A stretch of DNA of 64,000 bases, taken from a bacterium (GTDB lineage Bacteria; Myxococcota_A; UBA9042). The translations under genes and the position numbers were made by a program. Within the stretch, counting starts at the first letter, position 1. Each line of letters opens with the position of its first letter. Location: positions 3,132 to 67,131 of the forward strand of contig JAUIAC010000001.1 of NCBI GenBank assembly GCA_030425545.1, read 5' to 3'. The notes beneath the pieces were generated by a model that worked only from the letters and a program-made list of their open reading frames with translations, had not been told where the DNA came from and made no database searches. Shown in pieces: positions 40,505 to 49,692 of this stretch.

Positions 40505-40601
40505 TGGCGGAAGTGCAGGGGAATCGAACCCCCCTGAGACGCTCGTCACGCCTCACACCGGTTTTGAAGACCGGGGAACTCACCAGAGCCCAAGCACCTC
40601 C
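40505..40601 (-). tRNA. selC: tRNA-Sec (selenocysteine, anticodon UCA)
   Basis: Reverse complement of 40505-40601. 8-bp acceptor stem GGAGGUGC/GCACUUCC, 6-bp D-stem, anticodon loop CU-UCA-AA, long variable arm (about 22 nt), T-arm GGGGG-UUCGAUU-CCCCU, discriminator G and encoded CCA. The 8/5 acceptor/T architecture and UCA anticodon are diagnostic of bacterial tRNA-Sec. Total 97 nt. Confidence 0.85.
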
Positions 40602-40724
40602 AGGGACCGCGAGCTTGCCTGCGGTGGGGAAGGGGAAGCAACCGAAAGCGACACGTGGGCGCGATCCAGGGCACCAACGCGCCTCAGGGCGGCGCTCTGG
40701 AGCGGTCGGGCTTGCCCCGCTGGA

Positions 40725-41519
40725 CTACTCCGGAGCGTCGCCACGGAAGCGCGCCGTCATCAGCGCGACGCAGATGCAGGTCACCATCACGGAAGCGCCG
40801 GCGTTGAGCCACACGTCCAGGGCGTCGGCGCTGAACAGGGCGACGTCGGTGTCGGCGCCCATGACCACCCCAGCGGTGGGCCCGGGAGAGAGCAGGCCGA
40901 TGCGCGAGGACAGACCCCCGAGGCCGAGATCGACCAGCACCAGCCAAGCGAGCCCGAGCGCTGCCGCCGGTCGCGCCACGGCGGCCAGGAGCATGAAGAG
41001 CGCCGTGTAACCGGCCGCCGCGAGGACGATGGCCACGAGCAAAAAGGGCAGGTGACCCCAGGGGATCGGCAGCGCGAAGCCCAGCGCCGCGAGCTGAACG
41101 GCAGCCACCAGGGCGACGCCATAGGCGGCGACCACGCAGCTCGTGGCGACGAAGCGTCCGAGCGGCAAAGCGGTGGCGGCGCGCGGGCGGAGCAGGAAGG
41201 CCGAGAGCGCGCCGTGGTCGGCGTCGGCGCGGAGCGCGCGGGTGCCGAAGCCGAGGGCGATGAGGCCGATGGCGCGCACCCCCAACGAGCCGACGAAGGC
41301 CAAGAGCGCGCGCGGCTCCCCAGCGGAGGCCCGGGCGACGCCGACCGCTGCGGCGGCGACGAGGGCCACCAGCAACAGCCCAGGCCAGAGCTGCTTGAGG
41401 CGCAGCGTGCGCCGCAGGTGGAGCTCAGCGTGCAACCACAGCGCGGCGCCGACGCTGGGCGGATCGGGGAGCGCCTGGGGCGGCATCGGGTCTGCGCGGT
41501 GGTTGGGCAGGACGCTCAT
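40725..41519 (-). CDS. ABC-2 type transporter permease (6 predicted TM segments)
   Basis: 264 aa hydrophobic protein. Its start overlaps the stop of the upstream ATPase gene (ATGA). Confidence 0.5.
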   Translation of the reverse strand: MSVLPNHRADPMPPQALPDPPSVGAALWLHAELHLRRTLRLKQLWPGLLLVALVAAAAVGVARASAGEPRALLAFVGSLGVRAIGLIALGFGTRALRADADHGALSAFLLRPRAATALPLGRFVATSCVVAAYGVALVAAVQLAALGFALPIPWGHLPFLLVAIVLAAAGYTALFMLLAAVARPAAALGLAWLVLVDLGLGGLSSRIGLLSPGPTAGVVMGADTDVALFSADALDVWLNAGASVMVTCICVALMTARFRGDAPE

Positions 41520-42442
41520 CGCATCTCCTCCCCAAGCGCGGCGAAGAGGCTGACCAGGTCGTCCCCCTCGGTCTCGATCTCGGTCACGCGCGCCCCCGAC
41601 GCGAGGATGGCGGGCGGCAGCGCCGCGTAGATCCCACCCAAGCCGTCGGCCTGGGCGATGAGCGCGCCGGGCTCAAAGCGCAGCACGCGCACGCCCGCGC
41701 GCTCCAGCAGCGCCCGCGCCAGCCCGTTGGGATCCGACGTGTGCAGCCGAACGGCGGTGCCGCGGGTCTGCAGCAAGGCACGAATCTCGGCCTGGCTGCC
41801 AGCGGCCACGACGCGCCCGCGGTAGAGCAGCACCAGCCGCTCCGAGACCGCCTCCACCTCTTCGAGGATGTGGCTGCTCATGACCACACACGCGCCGCGG
41901 TCCGCCGCCTCGCGCATCAGCCCCGCGATCTCGAGCCGCCACACCGGGTCGAGCGCGTTGAGCGGCTCGTCGAGCAAGACCAGGTCCGCGGGCAACGCGA
42001 GCGCCTGCGCCAGCTTCACCCGCTGACGCTGCCCGCGAGACAGGGTCGCGATGGGCGCGTCGACCTTCTCCGCCAGTCCGAGCCGACGCAGCACCACGTC
42101 GGCGCGACCCTCGGCGTCATCGAGGCCGAGCCCCGCGCACCGAAGCAACATGGCGAGGAACTGCGCCGGCGTGTCCTCGACCGGCAGCTGGTCGCCGTCC
42201 GACGACATGGCGATGCGATTGGCGAGGTCCGGGTGGCGTCGCTCGAGCCCTCCTTTCCACCGGACCGAGCCGCTGGTCGGCCGAATCAACCCGGCCGCGA
42301 GACGCAGAAAGGTGGTCTTGCCAGCGCCGTTGGGGCCGAGCAGCCCGACGAGGCCCGGCTGGAGCCGCAGCGTCACGTCGAGCAGCGCCACCCTGGCGCC
42401 AAAGCGGCGCGTGCAGCGCTCGAGCTGGAGGACGTCGTTCAT
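41516..42442 (-). CDS. ABC transporter ATP-binding protein
   Basis: The start at MNDVLQLERCTRRFG (ATG 42442) sits inside a longer ORF. Walker A GPNGAGKTT, signature LSRGQRQRV, Walker B LVLLDEP. Confidence 0.85.
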   Translation of the reverse strand: MNDVLQLERCTRRFGARVALLDVTLRLQPGLVGLLGPNGAGKTTFLRLAAGLIRPTSGSVRWKGGLERRHPDLANRIAMSSDGDQLPVEDTPAQFLAMLLRCAGLGLDDAEGRADVVLRRLGLAEKVDAPIATLSRGQRQRVKLAQALALPADLVLLDEPLNALDPVWRLEIAGLMREAADRGACVVMSSHILEEVEAVSERLVLLYRGRVVAAGSQAEIRALLQTRGTAVRLHTSDPNGLARALLERAGVRVLRFEPGALIAQADGLGGIYAALPPAILASGARVTEIETEGDDLVSLFAALGEEMR

Positions 42443-43359
42443 GAGCGCCCCCTGCCCAGCGGTGGGTCCTTCATGAAGCGGTCGAGCAGCAGCCAGCTCA
42501 CCAGCGCCAGGAGCGCCCAGAGCCCGAGGCCGGCCGCCGCGTCGAGCAAGACAAAGTCGGGCGTCGAGGCGGTGTCGACCCAACGCGTCAGCAGCGTCCA
42601 CGCCGCGCTGAGGCCGTGGTGCAGGTCCACAGACCGGGCGTAGCTGTTGCGCCCCCAGATCAGCTGCCCCACCCAGCTCATGCCCACGCTGCCCAGCACC
42701 AGCACGCCGTAGTACAGCGGCACCCGCCCGGGGCTCCTCGCCAGCACGCTGCCCGCGAGCCCGACCACCGTGCTCAGCAGCGCCGCGACCAGAGACGCCA
42801 CGGTCACGGCGGCGAAGACCACCGGCCAGAAGAGCCAGGACGCCGCGAGCGGCCCTGCGCCGCCCGGCTGGAGGCCCAGGCCGACCAGGAGCACCAGCGC
42901 CAAGCCGAGCAGCGGCAGGCCGACGCCGGCGGAGGCCAGGAGCGTGCCCGCGATGACGCGGCCAAAGAGGTAGTGGCGCCTGCGCACGGGACGCGAGAAG
43001 TAGAGCAGGAGGGCGCCGAAGCGCAGATCACGCGCCAGGGTCGGCGCGACGAGCCCAGCCTGCAGCAGCAGCGCCCACGCCGCGTTGATGCCGAAGACGA
43101 GGCCCAGGGTCTGCAAGGCAAAGGCGGCCTCCTCTGCGGCCGGAACGGCGAAGGCGGTGATCTGAAAGCGCGCCACGGCGTAGACCGTCACCCCAAGCGC
43201 CGGTAGGGCGAAGGCCAACCACAAGAGCGTGCGCAGCAGCCCGCGACGCAGGTCGCGCGCGAACACGGAGACCAGCCCGCCCAGGCGCTGCGCCTCGGAC
43301 ACGGTCCCGCCGTGCCACGCCGAGAACCCCGCCGGTCGGACGAAGGGCGACTCGCTCAT
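42439..43359 (-). CDS. ABC-2 type transporter permease
   Basis: The start at MSESPFVRPAGF (ATG 43359) sits inside a longer ORF. Multi-TM protein. ATGA overlap with the upstream ATPase gene. Confidence 0.5.
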   Translation of the reverse strand: MSESPFVRPAGFSAWHGGTVSEAQRLGGLVSVFARDLRRGLLRTLLWLAFALPALGVTVYAVARFQITAFAVPAAEEAAFALQTLGLVFGINAAWALLLQAGLVAPTLARDLRFGALLLYFSRPVRRRHYLFGRVIAGTLLASAGVGLPLLGLALVLLVGLGLQPGGAGPLAASWLFWPVVFAAVTVASLVAALLSTVVGLAGSVLARSPGRVPLYYGVLVLGSVGMSWVGQLIWGRNSYARSVDLHHGLSAAWTLLTRWVDTASTPDFVLLDAAAGLGLWALLALVSWLLLDRFMKDPPLGRGRS

Positions 43360-44346
43360 GCCCCCCCCGCCTTGCGTGTAGGATCGTCCAGGCGCAGGTG
43401 ACGGACAAAGGCCTCGGCCATGCCTTCCTGCTCCAAGCGAAAGTTGCGGATGCCCGCGCCGGCGTCGGCCGCGGCCCGCCACAGGGGTGTGGGGTCGCCT
43501 TCCGTCAGCTGGATGCGGATTCGGTCGCCGTCAATGTCGACGGGCACCTGCGCCGCCCGCAGCGCCGCCGCCACAGCAGCCACGTCGCCCACCAGGTCCA
43601 CAACATGGTGGGCGCCGGTCGCCGCGGGTGGCACACCCGGCACGCCGCTGGGCCGGACCGCACGATGGCCGGACCCGGCGCGAAAGCGCGACATGGGGCC
43701 GACGAAGCCGGTCTGCCCCCGCGAGAGCAGCACGACGTGGTCGCACACCTCCTCGACATCGCCCAGCACATGGGTGGAGAGCAGCACGGAGGTGCCCGCG
43801 CGTCCGACCTCGGCGATGAGCGCGAGCATCTCGGCGCGTCCCGGGGGGTCGAGGCCAGCGGTGGGCTCGTCGAGGAAGACCAGCCGCGGCCCGTGCGCGA
43901 GGGCCATGGCGAGGCGCAGCCGCTGTCGCATGCCCAGGGAGAAGCCAGACGCGGCCCGGTAGCGGGCCTCGCTCAAGCCCACCAGATCCAGCATCTCGTG
44001 CGCCCGCGCGAACGCGTCGGTGTGGTTGAGCCCGCACAGCCGGGCCGCGTGCACGACCTGCTCGATGCCGTTGAGCCCGGGAAAGAGGCTGTCGTCCTCT
44101 GGCATGAAGCCGATCTCGGCGCGGGCCTCCATGGCCGACTCGGGCATGGGCCACCCGAGCACCTCGACGGTCCCCGTGTCGGCGTTGTCGAGCCCGAGCA
44201 GGAGGCGGAAGAGCGTCGACTTGCCGGCACCGTTGGGTCCGAGGAGGCCGACGACGCCCGCTGGGATGGCGACGGTGATGCCCCGAAGCGCGGTCGACTC
44301 GGCGAAGGCCTTGTGCACGCCGTCGAGCACCGCCACCGGCGGCGCA
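43356..44346 (-). CDS. ABC transporter ATP-binding protein (probable GTG start)
   Basis: Walker A GPNGAGKST, signature FSLGMRQRL, Walker B LVFLDEP. A GTG at 44346 is preceded by GAGGG. The 1183 aa ORF in the track is an upstream over-extension. Confidence 0.75.
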
Positions 44347-44828
44347 CCCTCATGGCGAAGGTGCGAAGCGGCGTCCGGGGGCAAGGCTGAGGCGGGAGGC
44401 GACACGGGGCTCCAAGTGCGCGGCTCCAACGTCGCGGGGACGTGCAGCAGGCCAGGGTTTGAGCGGCCGGCAGCATGACACGCGGCGCGCGTGCAAGAAA
44501 AGCGGACCGTGTCCTGCGCCTGGCGATCACGTGCGGCGCCGCGCTGCGGGCTGGTGGCGACGAGTCTGAGGGCCGACACGCGGACTCGACAACCCGGCGC
44601 AGGCGGGGGTGGATCGCGCCCCTGGCGTCGCGTGGGTTGTTCGAACCGCCGGTAGCGGTCCCGACGCCCCGAATTCTGCTGAGATCGCAGGCCTGCAGGA
44701 TGCAGGCGGGCCATTGACACCGGCTGGCGTTCGGCGTTACCCCTACGCGGCAACTGGCCCCCCCACTCGTGAACCGGGCCGCGCGCGCTGCGCGTCGCTG
44801 CGACACAATCATTCAGGAGAACAACAAC

Positions 44829-45161
44829 ATGAAGGTCTCGCACCTGATCACCGCTGGCGCACTCGTCCTCGGCGGCCTCACCCTCACCGGCTGCGGTGGC
44901 AAGAAGAAGGCAGCCGCTGCCCCGGCGCCCACGCCCGCGGCAGCACCGGCCTACCCGAGCTGCAGCACGGACGCGCACTGCGCGTCGCACGGCCAGGTCT
45001 GCGTCGGCGGCTCCTGCGTGCAGTGCCGTGACCACGGCCAGTGCGCCTCGATGGGCCCGTGCGGTCGCTGCGAGGCGAACAAGTGCACCAAGGTCGCCGG
45101 CTGCTGCGCCACCGACGCCGACTGCAACGGCGGTCGCTGCCGCGGCGGCAAGTGCCGCTAA
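44829..45161 (+). CDS. small Cys-rich lipoprotein (110 aa)
   Basis: ATG 44829 with AGGAGA RBS. MKVSHLITAGALVLGGLTLTGC GGKKK gives the lipobox. Cys-rich module CSTDAHCASHGQVCVGGSCVQCRDHGQC... Confidence 0.6.
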   Translation: MKVSHLITAGALVLGGLTLTGCGGKKKAAAAPAPTPAAAPAYPSCSTDAHCASHGQVCVGGSCVQCRDHGQCASMGPCGRCEANKCTKVAGCCATDADCNGGRCRGGKCR

Positions 45162-45428
45162 TCGCTCGGTGAAGGTGTCCGCACGGACGCCGACGTGGGC
45201 GCTGGCCGTCCACACACTGACCGCGTGACTGATGCCACGCCGGCGCGACCCCGCCACCCTGGGGTCCCGTCGGCGTGGCTGTCGCGTACCTAGCCCGCTG
45301 CGCTGTCGGCCGACAGGTGCAGCCCGCTTGAGACCAAGCGCCCGGCCATCGGGCGTTGGCGAGGCCCCGCCCTCGCCGCCACGGAGCCCAGCATGACCTC
45401 CCCCCTTGCCAGCCGAGAGCGCCGGTTC

Positions 45429-46190
45429 ATGTCCATTGCGCGGTCCGCGCTCGTGGCGGCCACGCTGCTGCTCGGTGCCTGTGGCCCCACGTACCCGAAC
45501 TGCGACGGCGACAGCCACTGCAAGGACAAGGGCGAGTACTGCTTGGAGAAGAAGTGCGTCCAGTGCCGGCTGACGTCGCACTGCGCCAACGCGAGCACCG
45601 ACGCGTGTGTCGCCTGCGAGAAAGGGCAGTGCGTCCGCAAAGCGGGCTGCTGCACCAACAACCTCGACTGCCCCAGCGGCAAGAAGTGCAGCGCCAACGC
45701 CTGCGTGAACCAGTGCGCGAGCGACGCCGACTGTGTCGGCGGCAAGACCTGCAACGAGCAGGGCGCCTGCGTCAGCCCCGACGCGGCCGGCTGCAGCTCC
45801 GACGGAGACTGCGGTGGCTCGCTGAAGTGCAAAGAGGGCAAGTGCGTCAACAAGGACGGGGCCTGCGAGCTCATCCCGGTGAACTTCGCCTTCAACCGCG
45901 CCAACCTGAGCCGCTCGGCCCAGAGCTCGATCTCGTCGAACGCGCGTTGCCTCAAGGAGCGCAAGGTGACGAGCGTGACGGTGGAAGGACACTGCGACGA
46001 GCGCGGCACCGACGCCTACAACCTGGAGCTCGGCAACCGCCGCGCCCGCGCCGTGAAGCGCTACCTCCAGCGCGTGGCGCGCAAGCTGAAGATCCGCACC
46101 GTGTCGTACGGCAAGGCCCGTCCGGAGTGCAACGACTCGTCCGAGAGCTGCTGGTCGCGCAACCGCCGCGCTGAGTTCGTGGCGCGTTGA
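45429..46190 (+). CDS. OmpA/Pal-like peptidoglycan-associated lipoprotein with an N-terminal Cys-rich module
   Basis: MSIARSALVAATLLLGAC GPTY gives the lipobox (an alternative ATG lies at 45393). About 130 aa Cys-rich region paralogous to the preceding small lipoprotein. C-terminal OmpA domain ...VNFAFNRANLS...GHCDERGTDAYNLELGNRRARAVKRYL...SYGKARP...NRRAEFV. Confidence 0.8.
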   Translation: MSIARSALVAATLLLGACGPTYPNCDGDSHCKDKGEYCLEKKCVQCRLTSHCANASTDACVACEKGQCVRKAGCCTNNLDCPSGKKCSANACVNQCASDADCVGGKTCNEQGACVSPDAAGCSSDGDCGGSLKCKEGKCVNKDGACELIPVNFAFNRANLSRSAQSSISSNARCLKERKVTSVTVEGHCDERGTDAYNLELGNRRARAVKRYLQRVARKLKIRTVSYGKARPECNDSSESCWSRNRRAEFVAR

Positions 46191-47734
46191 GCCAGGTCGT
46201 GCCACGCGCGGCGCTGCTGCGCGCCATCGTCGTGACAGTCGGCGTCCTGACAGCTGGGTGCGCCACCAACAGTCGCGTCGCGCGGCTCGAGGCGCGCATC
46301 GTGCAGCTCGAGAAGGATCGGGCCGCGCTGAAGCTCGCCTACGCCCGCGATCAGAAGCGCATGACGCGGCTCCGCGACGAGATCGAGAGCAGCTCGAGCT
46401 TCCTCCGTCGCAACGGCGCGCAGATGACCTCGCGCCTCGACGACCTCGAAGACGCCGGCCGGCGGCAGAAGGGGGCCAACGAGGTCCTCGCCCACCGGCT
46501 GTCCACTGTGAGCCGCCAGAGCAAGGCCGACCACGCCGCGCTGCAGGTGACCGGCCGCAAGCTGGACCAGCTGGTGGCGGACCTGCGAGACCGGGCGGGG
46601 ATCTCAATTCTGGCGCTGCCGCGCGACCTGCCTGAGCACGCAGACGACTGGGTGAAGCTGGCCGAAGACCGGTTCGGGTGGGGCGAGGTGCGCGTCGCTG
46701 ACGCCATCGCGAAGGAGTGCCGCAAGCGTTTTCAGGGGACGAAGCAGGCCGGTCGCTGCGGGCTGATCCAGGGGCGCATCGCCTACGAGGAGCACCGCTT
46801 CGGCGACGCCGTGAAGACCTTTCGCGCGGTGCACGACGAGCTCGACGGCAAGCGCCTTCCCGAGGTCGCGACGGCGTTGATGGGGATCGCGTCGACCTTC
46901 GAGGCACAGGGCAAGTGCAAGCAGGCCCGCGACGTCCTCGGCTACGTGAAGCAGCTGATGAAGAAGGGCGCGCAGGCGAGCGCTGCGCAGGCTGCGCTCA
47001 AGTCACAGGGTACGCGCTGCAAGGCCGGGACCGTGCGGCTGCCGGCGCGCACGTCGGGGAAGCTGAAGGCGGCTGCAGCGGCGAAGAAGGCCGCTGAGGA
47101 GCAGGCCCGCCGGGACGCCGAAGCCAAGGCCCAGGCGGAGGCAGAGGCCAAGCGCAAGGCCGAAGAAGAGGCCATTCGCAAGGCACGCGCCGCGCGGGAC
47201 GCCAAGGCCAAGGCAGAGGCAGAGGCAGAGGCGAAGGAGGCCGCCGAGCGCAAGGCAAAGGAGGACGCGGCCCGCGCGGCCAAGGATGCCGCTGCCAAGG
47301 ACGCCACTGCCAAGGACGCCACTGCCAAGGACGCCACTGCCAAGGACGCCACTGCCAAGGACGCCACTGCCAAGGACGCCACTGCCAAGGACGCCGGCAA
47401 GCCGGGCGCCACCGACGCGTCGGCCGCGCCTGCCAGCAAGGCGCCGGCGAAGGCCAGCGACGACGGCGCGGCCAAGCCAGCGAGCGACGGGGCCGACAGC
47501 ACGAAGGCGGCGAGCGATGCCAAGGCGGGGGCCGACGCCAAGGCGGAGGCAGACGCCCCGGCTGGGGCGGAGACCAAAGGGGGCGCCAAGGCCGACGCAA
47601 CGCCGGCCAAGGGCGGCCAGCCGGACGCCAAGGGGGCCGCCAAGCCCGCGCCGAAGGCCAAGGCCGCGCCGGCCGCCAAGTCCGCGCCGCCAGCGGCCAA
47701 GTCAGCCCCCAAGGCCGCCGACAAGGCGGGCTGA
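46187..47734 (+). CDS. CpoB/YbgF-like coiled-coil plus TPR lipoprotein with Ala/Lys/Glu/Asp-rich repetitive C-terminal half
   Basis: TTG 46187 overlaps the upstream stop. ...VVTVGVLTAGC ATN gives the lipobox. N-terminal coiled coil (RLEARIVQLEKDRAALK...), central TPR-like helices, then an approximately 220 aa low-complexity tail including (KDATA)6. Its position directly after a Pal-like gene mirrors tol-pal-cpoB. Confidence 0.5.
   Translation: MSQVVPRAALLRAIVVTVGVLTAGCATNSRVARLEARIVQLEKDRAALKLAYARDQKRMTRLRDEIESSSSFLRRNGAQMTSRLDDLEDAGRRQKGANEVLAHRLSTVSRQSKADHAALQVTGRKLDQLVADLRDRAGISILALPRDLPEHADDWVKLAEDRFGWGEVRVADAIAKECRKRFQGTKQAGRCGLIQGRIAYEEHRFGDAVKTFRAVHDELDGKRLPEVATALMGIASTFEAQGKCKQARDVLGYVKQLMKKGAQASAAQAALKSQGTRCKAGTVRLPARTSGKLKAAAAAKKAAEEQARRDAEAKAQAEAEAKRKAEEEAIRKARAARDAKAKAEAEAEAKEAAERKAKEDAARAAKDAAAKDATAKDATAKDATAKDATAKDATAKDATAKDAGKPGATDASAAPASKAPAKASDDGAAKPASDGADSTKAASDAKAGADAKAEADAPAGAETKGGAKADATPAKGGQPDAKGAAKPAPKAKAAPAAKSAPPAAKSAPKAADKAG
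47290..47395. repeat. 6-7 tandem copies of 15-bp unit GCCAAGGACGCCACT (encodes KDATA repeats)
   Basis: Direct repeats visible on the + strand from 47290 to 47395 inside the CpoB-like gene. Confidence 0.85.
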
Positions 47735-47735
47735 C

Positions 47736-49658
47736 ATGCCCGAGCCTGTCTCCTATCCAGGGCGCTGGAACGTGCTCGTGGTCGGCGGCGGTCATGCGGG
47801 CTGCGAGGCGGCCCTCGCTGCGGCGCGCCTGGGCTGCGACGTGCTCCTGGTCACCCAGAGCGTCGACCGAATCGGGTGGATGAGCTGCAACCCCGCGGTC
47901 GGCGGCGTAGGCAAGTCGCACCTGGTCGCGGAGATCGACGCCCTCGGTGGAGAGATGGCGCGCAACACCGACCGCGCGGGCGTCCACTACAAGTGGCTCA
48001 ACCGCTCACGTGGACCGGCGGTCCAGGCGCTGCGGGTCCAGTGCGACAAGCTCGCCTATGCGACCGCCATGCGGGGCGTGGTCGAGTCGCAGCCGCGGCT
48101 CCAGGTCAAGCAGGGGACGGTGGCTCGGCTGTGGCTCGAGGACGGCCGGGTGGTCGGGGTCGTCACGTCGCACGGAGTCGCGTTCGCCGCGGACACCGTG
48201 GTGCTCACCGCCGGGACCTTCCTCGCCGCGGTCTGTCACACGGGCGACGCGCAGGAGGCGGGGGGCCGCGCGGGCGAGGGCGCGGCCAACGACCTGGGCG
48301 CGCAGCTCCGTGAGGTCGGCGTGCGCACGCGCCGCCACAAGACCGGCACGTGTCCGCGGCTCGACGGACGCACCGTCGACTGGGACCAGCTCCGCGTCGA
48401 CCCCGGTGAGCGCGATCCGGCGCCCCTGTCCCGCTACGGCGGCGCCCCGCAGCTCCGGCAGATGGACTGCCACGCGGCGCGCACCAACGCCAAGACCCAC
48501 GCCCTGATCGCGGCGGCCATGCACCGCTCGCCCATGGCCGCGGGTCAGATCACTGGCCGTCCTCCGCGCTACTGCCCGAGCATCGAAGACAAGGTCAAGC
48601 GCTTCCCCCAGCGCGACACGCACACCCTCTTCCTCGAGCGGGAGGGGTGGAGCACCGGGGAGGTGTACCTGTCCGGGCTGTCGACCTCGCTCCCGCCGGA
48701 GGTGCAGGTGGACGTGGTGCGGTCCATCGACGGCTTGGGGCGCGCCGAGCTGGTGCGCTTTGGCTACGCGGTGGAGTACGACACGATCGACCCGACACAG
48801 CTCAACCGTTCCTTGGGCTTGCCGCAGCTGCCAGGCCTCTTTTTCGCCGGCCAGGTCAACGGCACGAGCGGCTATGAAGAGGCGGCGGCGCAGGGCCTGG
48901 TCGCTGGCCTCGCCGCCGTCGCCTGGGCGCGGGACACCGCGGCCCCCGAGTGGCCGCGCCACGAGAGCTACATCGGCGTGCTGGTGGACGACCTGGTGAC
49001 GCGGGGCGGCGACGAGCCCTACCGCATGTTCACGAGCCGCGCCGAACATCGCCTGCGGCTGCGCGTGGGCAACGCCGACCTGCGCTTGACCCCCACCGGC
49101 CGAGCGCTGGGGCTGGTGTCCGACGCCGACTTCGCGCGCTTTGAGCGGCGACGCGCGCAGCTGCGGCAGGGCGCGACGGCCTTGGCGGCAGCCCAGCTGA
49201 CACCGACCGCGCAGACCCGCGCGCTTGTCGAGGCGACCGGTACTGGGACGATCCGGGGCCCAATGACGGTGGCCGAGCTGCTGCGTCGTCCGCACCTCGA
49301 CTGGCGCGGCGCGCGCGAGCTGCTGCCGGTGGCCGTGCGCGAGCTGCCGGACGACGTCGTCGACGAGCTGGTGACGGGCCTGCGCTACGCCGGCTACGAG
49401 CAGCGGGCCGACGAGCGCGCGGCGCGATCCGCGAGAGCCGAGCATGTCCGGCTGGCGCCCGACCTCGACTATGCGGAGGTGGGCGGGCTCTCCACGGAGG
49501 CCGTCGAGAAGCTGAGCCAGGTGCGACCCGAGACCTTGGGCCAGGCGGGCCGGATCCCAGGGCTGACCGCGGGCGCGATGGACGCGCTGCTCATCTATCT
49601 GGAGGGGCGCCGGCGCTCACGGCAGACGACGACGCCGCGGGGCGCGTCGAACACCTAG
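47736..49658 (+). CDS. mnmG: tRNA uridine-5-carboxymethylaminomethyl modification enzyme MnmG (GidA)
   Basis: The start at MPEPVSYPGRWNVLVVGGGHAGCEAALAAARLG (FAD-binding GGGHAG) sits inside a longer ORF. Conserved MnmG blocks follow (...CNPAVGGVGKSHL..., ...PRYCPSIEDKV...). About 640 aa. Confidence 0.9.
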   Translation: MPEPVSYPGRWNVLVVGGGHAGCEAALAAARLGCDVLLVTQSVDRIGWMSCNPAVGGVGKSHLVAEIDALGGEMARNTDRAGVHYKWLNRSRGPAVQALRVQCDKLAYATAMRGVVESQPRLQVKQGTVARLWLEDGRVVGVVTSHGVAFAADTVVLTAGTFLAAVCHTGDAQEAGGRAGEGAANDLGAQLREVGVRTRRHKTGTCPRLDGRTVDWDQLRVDPGERDPAPLSRYGGAPQLRQMDCHAARTNAKTHALIAAAMHRSPMAAGQITGRPPRYCPSIEDKVKRFPQRDTHTLFLEREGWSTGEVYLSGLSTSLPPEVQVDVVRSIDGLGRAELVRFGYAVEYDTIDPTQLNRSLGLPQLPGLFFAGQVNGTSGYEEAAAQGLVAGLAAVAWARDTAAPEWPRHESYIGVLVDDLVTRGGDEPYRMFTSRAEHRLRLRVGNADLRLTPTGRALGLVSDADFARFERRRAQLRQGATALAAAQLTPTAQTRALVEATGTGTIRGPMTVAELLRRPHLDWRGARELLPVAVRELPDDVVDELVTGLRYAGYEQRADERAARSARAEHVRLAPDLDYAEVGGLSTEAVEKLSQVRPETLGQAGRIPGLTAGAMDALLIYLEGRRRSRQTTTPRGASNT

Positions 49659-49692
49659 CAGCGTCCCGTCGCTCGCCGTCGCTCGCTGTTGT

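Noticed and set aside
44347-46907. Upstream 850 codons of the 1183 aa minus-strand ORF 43356..46907
   Set aside because: Only the last roughly 330 aa form an ABC ATPase (GTG start near 44346). The upstream part is Arg/Ala-rich nonsense and overlaps three well-supported + strand lipoprotein genes that have RBSs and lipoboxes.
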